Assembly: GCF_049243625.1 (NCBI RefSeq)
Contig: NZ_CP046975.1
Direction: 5' to 3' (one strand)
DNA: 32,000 bases
Source: Corynebacterium amycolatum
GTDB lineage: Bacteria; Actinomycetota; Actinomycetes; Mycobacteriales; Mycobacteriaceae
The translations under genes and the position numbers were made by a program. The notes under the pieces were generated by a model that saw only the letters and a program-made list of their open reading frames with translations, was not told the origin of the DNA and made no database searches. This document shows, one piece after another, positions 26,688 to 32,000 of this stretch. Numbering within the stretch: position 1 is the stretch's first letter; every line of letters starts with the position of its first letter.

Positions 26688-28535
26688 GTGGGCAATCAGC
26701 TGTCAATGATTAGACGCGGGAAGGACGATGTCACTGTGAAAGGCGCGGATTCGCGGAGAGGTTCCTCCGGTAGCGATCGAAATCGGCGAAGCCGCACCGG
26801 TGCCGGTGGCAGCGGCGGTGGTTCCCGTAGCGTCCGCAGTGAGCACAGTGAGCGCACTGCCCGCGCATGGCAGAACACGCAGGCCGGCCGGACTGGCGGT
26901 GCGCGCAGCGTCGGTGCCGACAGCAATCGAGGCGCCACGACGAAGATGAAAGCGGGGGGCTCCGGAACGTCGTCACGCAAGGGGCGTCCCTCGGGGGTCC
27001 GTCGTTTCATTAACTCTCCCCGTGTGCGCCGGTTTGGGCTGTCTGTTGCCGGTTCTTACGGCGTCGTATTGCTGTTCATCATCTCGGTAGCTCTGATTGG
27101 CGTCATCGTCAGCGGCGCTGGAATGTCTCCGCTTCCAGCGAGTATCGCGTCGCTGTGGATGATGTTTAACCTTGCCCCGTTCCGCTTTAACGGCACGACG
27201 CTGGGGCTCACGCCGGCGCTACCCGCAGTGCTGACGGTGGCATTCATCGCTTGGCGGGTGCGCCGCGAGGTCGCTGACCGCATCAGCATCAAGGACGTGC
27301 GCGCGTTGGTCGGCGCGTATCTGGGCACGCCCATTGTTCTCACCATCATCGCGTGGCTCATGCTTTACGACGCGTCGAAGGTGTTTCCCCGCGTTCAGAC
27401 CCCCAGTTTCGGTCTGGCGATTGCGGCTGCGCTGCTCGTAAATCTCGTGGCCTTGGTGCTGGGAATGGGGCAGCGGTTGCTGCGTGCACTACTGCTGCGC
27501 CGGAAGTTGCCGGAATGGTTGCTCGGGTCTGCGCGACTGGCGGTCAGCTACGTGGCATGGCTGTGGCTGGTCGGTGTTGCGGTGACACTCGTTTCGCTGA
27601 TTTGGCATCGAGAGTTGCTGGCAGAGACATTTGCAATCACGGATACCGCCGGTGAAAGTGTTGCGGTCAGCGGTCTCTCGCTGCTTTACCTGCCGAATGT
27701 AGCCTTCGGTGCTGTCGGTGTGCTGGTAGGTGGAAAATCGACCTTCGGGCCTGCGGAGGCTGGACTATTCGCAGTGCACCCGGCTCAGCTGCCACCCCTG
27801 CCGATTTTGGCTGCCATGCCTCAGTCGCTGGCGCACTGGGCTTTCGGAGTGCTGATTGTGCTACCGCCAGCCGTCGCAGCTTGGCGCGTCGTGGCATTCC
27901 TGAAGAAATCTGCACCGAAGCAGCCCTACCTGGTCGTCGTTCTCGCTGCCGTGTGGTCAATCATGTTCCTCATGGGGCTGGCTTGGCTGCTCGGCGGTGA
28001 GGTTGGCATCTTTGGGTGGGCCGGTGCCTCCTGGTGGCTGACTGGACTGCTCGGCTCGATGTGGCTGGTTGTTCCGGGGGCCATCGTGGTTGTTGCGATG
28101 ACCGGTGTGCCGTCACTTGGTAGGGACAAGGGAGTCTCGGAAGTGGCCGCAGAAAAGTTCCCGCCGAAGCCTGCGGGAGATGGAAACGGTCATGCTGAGG
28201 CTGAGGATGCCGGCGACGCCGATAAGTCCGACAATGACGGGGACAGCTCGGAGGAGTCAGAGGAGTCGGAGGAGATTGTCGACGGGGAAGTCGTAGCGAC
28301 CTCCGAAGATGAAGTCGAGTCCGACACAGAGGAGGAATCAGAGTCCGGTGCTGAGTCTGAAGATGCTTCAGAAGACGCTGAGGAATCGGACGACTCTGAA
28401 GAGGATTCGGAAAGCGCCGCAGGCGGAGGAGAGTCGAGCGAAGTAGATGCGACCGATGAGGGTGAATCCGATGAGGACACCGAAGACTCGGAGGAGGGCG
28501 GCGACGGGGAACCGTCGTCAAGCCAAAAGAGCTAA
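26688..28535 (+). CDS. perM: PerM-like (Rv0955/DUF6350-type) polytopic membrane protein with a basic RG/S-rich N-terminal tail and a strongly acidic C-terminal tail
   Basis: About 10 hydrophobic helices between residues ~125 and ~485. Sits directly upstream of purN-purH, as perM does in M. tuberculosis (from memory). The start is uncertain: GTG 26688, ATG 26706 or GTG 26736. Confidence 0.7.
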   Translation: MGNQLSMIRRGKDDVTVKGADSRRGSSGSDRNRRSRTGAGGSGGGSRSVRSEHSERTARAWQNTQAGRTGGARSVGADSNRGATTKMKAGGSGTSSRKGRPSGVRRFINSPRVRRFGLSVAGSYGVVLLFIISVALIGVIVSGAGMSPLPASIASLWMMFNLAPFRFNGTTLGLTPALPAVLTVAFIAWRVRREVADRISIKDVRALVGAYLGTPIVLTIIAWLMLYDASKVFPRVQTPSFGLAIAAALLVNLVALVLGMGQRLLRALLLRRKLPEWLLGSARLAVSYVAWLWLVGVAVTLVSLIWHRELLAETFAITDTAGESVAVSGLSLLYLPNVAFGAVGVLVGGKSTFGPAEAGLFAVHPAQLPPLPILAAMPQSLAHWAFGVLIVLPPAVAAWRVVAFLKKSAPKQPYLVVVLAAVWSIMFLMGLAWLLGGEVGIFGWAGASWWLTGLLGSMWLVVPGAIVVVAMTGVPSLGRDKGVSEVAAEKFPPKPAGDGNGHAEAEDAGDADKSDNDGDSSEESEESEEIVDGEVVATSEDEVESDTEEESESGAESEDASEDAEESDDSEEDSESAAGGGESSEVDATDEGESDEDTEDSEEGGDGEPSSSQKS

Positions 28536-28592
28536 GCCAACTTAGGGGGAGCGGAATTTGGGGTCTCTGTCGGGCTGGGTAAGCTAAACGCC

Positions 28593-29246
28593 GTGACTGA
28601 AGCACAGCCCGTCGCAGAAATTTCGCACAATAATTCCTCCAGCAAGCAGCTCCGCATCGTAGTCCTGGCCTCTGGCCTGGGCTCCCTTTTGCAGTCGATG
28701 CTGGAACTGCTGGACGCTGAAAAAGTTCAGATTGTCGCGGTTGGTTCGGACAAGGATTGTCCGGCGCTGGAGAGGGCTCAAAACCTCAATATCCCAACTT
28801 TTCGGGTGCCTTTCGATGCTGAGGCAAAGAAGGACCGAGAAGGTTGGGATATTCGTGTTTTAGAGGCCGTGAACAGTTTTTCGCCGGATATCGTTGTCTC
28901 GGCGGGTTTCATGCGCATTCTGGGGCCATCATTTGTGGAGGCCTACAGCAATCGCATCATTAATACGCACCCTGCGCTGCTGCCGTCCTTCCCAGGGGCG
29001 CGTGCGGTACCGGATGCACTTGACTACGGGGTGAAGGTCACCGGCACGACCGTGCATATTGTTGATAATGGAGTGGACACCGGGCCGATTCTGGCGCAGC
29101 AGCCAGTGGCCGTCGAGGACGACGACACGGTGGAGACCCTGCACGAACGAATCAAGGTTGTCGAACGCCGACTCCTGGTTGATGTATTGCACTCGATTGC
29201 CGATCACGGAATTGAGCGTGACGGACGAAAGGCTTATCTGAAATGA
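28593..29246 (+). CDS. purN: Phosphoribosylglycinamide formyltransferase
   Basis: ...[16 protein letters not shown]..., ...[15 protein letters not shown]..., ...[18 protein letters not shown]... The stop TGA overlaps the purH ATG (ATGA at 29243-29246). Confidence 0.92.
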   Translation: MTEAQPVAEISHNNSSSKQLRIVVLASGLGSLLQSMLELLDAEKVQIVAVGSDKDCPALERAQNLNIPTFRVPFDAEAKKDREGWDIRVLEAVNSFSPDIVVSAGFMRILGPSFVEAYSNRIINTHPALLPSFPGARAVPDALDYGVKVTGTTVHIVDNGVDTGPILAQQPVAVEDDDTVETLHERIKVVERRLLVDVLHSIADHGIERDGRKAYLK

Positions 29247-30790
29247 CCAACGACAACACGCAGCGTAAACCGATCAAGCGCGCTCTGATTAGCGTCTACG
29301 ACAAGACTGGGCTCGAGGAGCTGGCTCGCGACCTGCACGAGGCTGGCGTGGAAATCGTTTCCACCGGTTCCACGGCTGGCAAGATTGCTGCAGCTGGCGT
29401 GCCTGTGACCCCGGTTGAGGATCTCACTGGTTTCCCGGAGTGTCTCGAGGGCCGTGTGAAGACGCTGCACCCGCGTGTTCACGCCGGTATTCTGGCTGAT
29501 ACTCGCAAGGAAGACCACCTGGCTCAGCTGAAGGAGCTCGGTGTGGAGGCTTTCCAGCTCGTTGTCGTTAATCTGTACCCGTTCCGGGAGACCGTTGCCT
29601 CGGGCGCTTCCTACGACGAGTGCGTGGAGCAGATCGACATTGGAGGCCCGTCGATGGTTCGCGCTGCGGCGAAGAACCATCCGTCGGTCGCCATCGTCGT
29701 CGACCCGGCTCGTTACGGCGATGTCGCTACCGCCGTGAAGGAAGGCGGCTTCACCCTCGAGCAGCGCCGTGAGTTCGCTCGCGACGCTTTCCTGCACACC
29801 GCTGATTACGACGCAGCTGTGTCCAACTGGTTTGTTGAGCAGCTCGGTAGCGCTGAGGGATCCACGCCGACCCCGCTGCGCTACGGCGAGAACTCTCACC
29901 AGTCGGCAACTCTGACCCGCATTGGTACCAAGGGGCTGGCAAACGCCAAGCAGCTGAACGGCAAGGAGATGTCGTACAACAACTACCAGGATGCCGACGC
30001 CGCATGGCGTGCCGCCTGGGATCACGAGCGTCCGTGTGTGGCAATCATCAAGCACGCTAACCCGTGCGGCATCGCAGTCTCGGATGAGTCCATCGCCGCA
30101 GCTCACCGCGCAGCTCACGCATGTGACTCGATGTCCGCATTCGGCGGTGTCATCGCCGTCAACCGCGAGGTCTCCGTTGAGATGGCCGAACAGGTCAAGG
30201 ACATCTTCACCGAGGTCATCGTCGCTCCGTCCTACGAAGACGGTGCCGTTGAGGTACTGAAGGCCAAGAAGAATCTGCGTATTCTCGTCGCCGAGTACGA
30301 AGCACCGACCACCGAGAACAAGTTCATCTCGGGTGGTCTGCTTACCCAGGATCCGGATACTTACCAGGCAGAGGGAGATAAGCCGGAGAACTGGGAGCTG
30401 GCCACCGGCGAGGCATTGAATGCTGAAGAGCTGGCTGAGCTCGAGTTTGCATGGCGCTCCGTCCGCGCTGTGAAGTCCAACGCCATCCTGCTGTCCAAGA
30501 ACAACGCCACCGTCGGCGTCGGCATGGGCCAGGTCAACCGCGTGGACTCCGCAAAGCTCGCCGTTGAGCGCGCAAATACGCTTGCCGACGGAGAAAACCG
30601 TACCCAGGGGGCCTACGCTGCGTCCGATGCCTTCTTCCCGTTCGCTGACGGTCTGCAGGTCCTGATTGATGCCGGTGTGAAGGCAGTTGTCCAGCCAGGT
30701 GGCTCCATCCGTGACGAAGAGGTCATCGCTGCTGCCAAGGAAGCTGGCATCACTATGTACATGACAGGTACTCGCCACTTCTTCCACTAA
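29243..30790 (+). CDS. purH: Bifunctional AICAR formyltransferase / IMP cyclohydrolase
   Basis: ...[13 protein letters not shown]...VSTGSTA...[12 protein letters not shown]..., ...GQVNRVDS..., ...[12 protein letters not shown]...[11 protein letters not shown] terminus. Confidence 0.95.
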   Translation: MTNDNTQRKPIKRALISVYDKTGLEELARDLHEAGVEIVSTGSTAGKIAAAGVPVTPVEDLTGFPECLEGRVKTLHPRVHAGILADTRKEDHLAQLKELGVEAFQLVVVNLYPFRETVASGASYDECVEQIDIGGPSMVRAAAKNHPSVAIVVDPARYGDVATAVKEGGFTLEQRREFARDAFLHTADYDAAVSNWFVEQLGSAEGSTPTPLRYGENSHQSATLTRIGTKGLANAKQLNGKEMSYNNYQDADAAWRAAWDHERPCVAIIKHANPCGIAVSDESIAAAHRAAHACDSMSAFGGVIAVNREVSVEMAEQVKDIFTEVIVAPSYEDGAVEVLKAKKNLRILVAEYEAPTTENKFISGGLLTQDPDTYQAEGDKPENWELATGEALNAEELAELEFAWRSVRAVKSNAILLSKNNATVGVGMGQVNRVDSAKLAVERANTLADGENRTQGAYAASDAFFPFADGLQVLIDAGVKAVVQPGGSIRDEEVIAAAKEAGITMYMTGTRHFFH

Positions 30791-30811
30791 TTCCTTGCTG
30801 GATTAGGGGCT

Positions 30812-30849
30812 AACCGCCGCGGTGCTAACTATCACCTCGGCGGTTTTTC
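30812..30849 (+). terminator. Rho-independent terminator after purH
   Basis: 8-bp stem AACCGCCG / CGGCGGTT (30812-30819 / 30838-30845) with an 18-nt loop, followed by a T5 tract. Confidence 0.7.
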
Positions 30850-30989
30850 TCTACCCGGACGTGTGGGGACCTGTGGGCGAGGATGTGTGTCTGTTGTCGA
30901 GCCGTGGTCTATGTGAACACACGCTGAGGGCGGGCGCTGGTGGTAATTATGCAGACGAAATGGCTCCAATGCGTTTAACATAAGGGCTT

Positions 30990-31583
30990 ATGTCACGTAG
31001 AACCGAAGCGCGACGGCGTCGAGAAGCAGAGATTCTCTCCGCTGCTGCTGCGATCCTGGCCGACCGAGGGTTTCATCAGACTCGGTTGGAGGATGTTGGC
31101 TCCGCTGTTGGCATTTCTGGCCCAGCTCTTTACCGCTACTTCAGCGGCAAGGAAGAGCTGTTGGCGCAGATCCTCATCGATATTTCTATCCGACTTGTCG
31201 ATGGTGCGCGAGCAGTTCTCGATCGAGCAAAGAGCAATGATTGGGGTCCAGAGGAGACTCTTCGGGGCCTCCTTGCGCATCACGTGCATTTTGCAGTCAC
31301 GGAGCCCGATCGCATTCGTGTCCAAGAACGCGAAGGCGGAAATCTAGCGCCAGAGCAGAGCGCAAAAGTGCGTTCCTTGCAGCGTCTTTACATGGTCTTA
31401 TGGGTGGACGCTCTGCGTGAACTACAGCCCGAACTCACCTCCGACGAGGCGCAGCTTAAAGTCCAGCTCACCGCTGGGTTGATTAACTCTTCCAGACATG
31501 TGCTCAAATGGGCGGGTCCCGAGGCGACAAGGGATAATGCCTTTGAGATGGCCCTTGCTGCGCTGGGCATTAACAACCAATAA
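30990..31583 (+). CDS. TetR/AcrR-family transcriptional regulator
   Basis: N-terminal HTH: ...EILSAAAAILADRGFHQTRLEDVGSAVGISGPALYRYFSGKEELLAQIL... 197 aa. Confidence 0.88.
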   Translation: MSRRTEARRRREAEILSAAAAILADRGFHQTRLEDVGSAVGISGPALYRYFSGKEELLAQILIDISIRLVDGARAVLDRAKSNDWGPEETLRGLLAHHVHFAVTEPDRIRVQEREGGNLAPEQSAKVRSLQRLYMVLWVDALRELQPELTSDEAQLKVQLTAGLINSSRHVLKWAGPEATRDNAFEMALAALGINNQ

Positions 31584-31601
31584 TCCGTATTTATTCTTGT
31601 G

Positions 31602-31647
31602 CCGTCTGGCCTCACTGTGCTCAGCAGTGTGAGGTCAGGCGGTTTTA
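31602..31647 (+). terminator. Rho-independent terminator after the TetR gene
   Basis: 14-bp stem CCGTCTGGCCTCAC / GTGAGGTCAGGCGG (two G-U pairs) at 31602-31615 / 31629-31642, followed by TTTTATTG. Confidence 0.8.
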
Positions 31648-31822
31648 TTGTGTGGAGCGGTCGGTCTTATCCAAGTGAATTTACCCCCGAAACAGATTTC
31701 TAGGACAAACTTAAATCTCTATTGGAAACATGTTGTGACCTCAGGGAGGGGTGTGTACTTCAAGCTGTCTGAAAGGCATCCGGGGGTAAAAGTATGACCT
31801 AGGAAACAAAACTTGTTGTGAA

Positions 31823-31836
31823 GTGACTGTGGTCAC
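31823..31836. promoter_or_regulatory. Palindrome GTGAC-N4-GTCAC, candidate TetR-type operator upstream of the carboxyltransferase gene
   Basis: Perfect 5-bp arms at 31823-31827 and 31832-31836, 54 bp upstream of ATG 31890. It is followed by an 8-bp inverted repeat CTTTCCGT (31843-31850) / ACGGAAAG (31872-31879). Confidence 0.3.
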
Positions 31837-31889
31837 ATTAACCTTTCCGTCAAGAAAGTTAATAGTCATTAACGGAAAGTATTTCGCCC

Positions 31890-32000
31890 ATGACTCACGC
31901 CCCAGCATTGACCAACCGACAGCGCCACGAAGAGCTCGTCGCAGAGCTCAAAGAGTTGCTCAGCACGACAGCACGCGGTGGTTCCGAACGTGCCCGTGCT
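31890..32000 (+). CDS. Acyl-CoA carboxylase carboxyltransferase (beta) subunit, N-terminal 37 codons only (AccD/PccB/MccB-like)
   Basis: Not in the ORF track because it is open at the window edge. MTHAPALTNRQRHEELVAELKELLSTTARGGSERARA resembles the typical carboxyltransferase N-terminus (...l..l...GGg..a..rh..rgK...). Only 37 aa are visible, so the call is tentative. Confidence 0.45.
   Translation, partial: MTHAPALTNRQRHEELVAELKELLSTTARGGSERARA

Noticed and set aside
28536-28592. Possible ZTP (pfl) riboswitch upstream of purN-purH.
   Set aside because: The gap is only 57 nt and lacks the GGGUCGUGACUGGCG / CCGCCUGGGCA-type core.
27970-28605. 211-aa and 96-aa minus-strand ORFs, and the 63-aa + ORF, over the 3' end of the perM-like gene. 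Also 11618..12139 (-), 11831..12022 (+) and 11878..12279 (+) over the Ser/Thr tract.
   Set aside because: These are artefacts of low-complexity GA/GAC/GTC repeat DNA, which is open in several frames. Their products are P/R/S or D/V/E homopolymer-like.
30990-31583. Whether this TetR gene after purH is AmtR, the nitrogen regulator located after purH in C. glutamicum.
   Set aside because: The sequence does not resemble the AmtR N-terminus as I remember it. I found no AmtR box (CTAT-N6-ATAG) in the flanking regions. The downstream gene looks like an acyl-CoA carboxyltransferase, so I left it as a generic TetR-family call.

Overview
This window looks like a conserved core-chromosome segment of a moderately high-GC actinobacterium of the Corynebacterium/Mycobacteriales type. 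From memory, gene content and order match two M. tuberculosis blocks. The first is Rv3336c-Rv3303c (trpS, yihY-like, dacB, add, Rv3311-like, upp, amiA-like, lpdA-like), followed here by mrx1-folA-thyA-cysQ. The second is Rv0946c-Rv0957 (pgi, chorismate mutase, uvrD1/pcrA, M23 peptidase, perM, purN, purH), followed by a TetR gene and the start of an acyl-CoA carboxyltransferase gene.

I call 29 protein-coding genes, one decayed YccF-like pseudogene, four intrinsic terminators and a few operator-like repeats. Two of the genes run off the window edges and are therefore missing from the supplied ORF track. I saw no rRNA, tRNA, CRISPR array, transposase, integrase or phage gene.

I did not find a convincing new multi-gene system; nothing here resembles a defence island. 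The most unusual items are:
1. A translationally coupled EspC-like small helical protein and an NlpC/P60 hydrolase with no visible signal peptide (9206-10653).
2. A 510-bp divergent intergenic region between the M23 peptidase and perM-like genes. It carries a G-run-rich, repeat-bearing candidate RNA leader and 11-bp-phased direct repeats (26176-26700).
3. A gene for a membrane protein of at least 751 aa that the ORF track does not show (1-2255, minus strand).
4. Long low-complexity extensions on PcrA and on the PerM-like protein.
5. An Rv3311-like protein with a visible internal domain duplication.

Many track ORFs are over-extended at the 5' end or are codon-aligned antisense shadows. I trimmed starts where a motif or Shine-Dalgarno (SD) sequence supported it. 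All family assignments come from reading motifs by eye; no searches were run.
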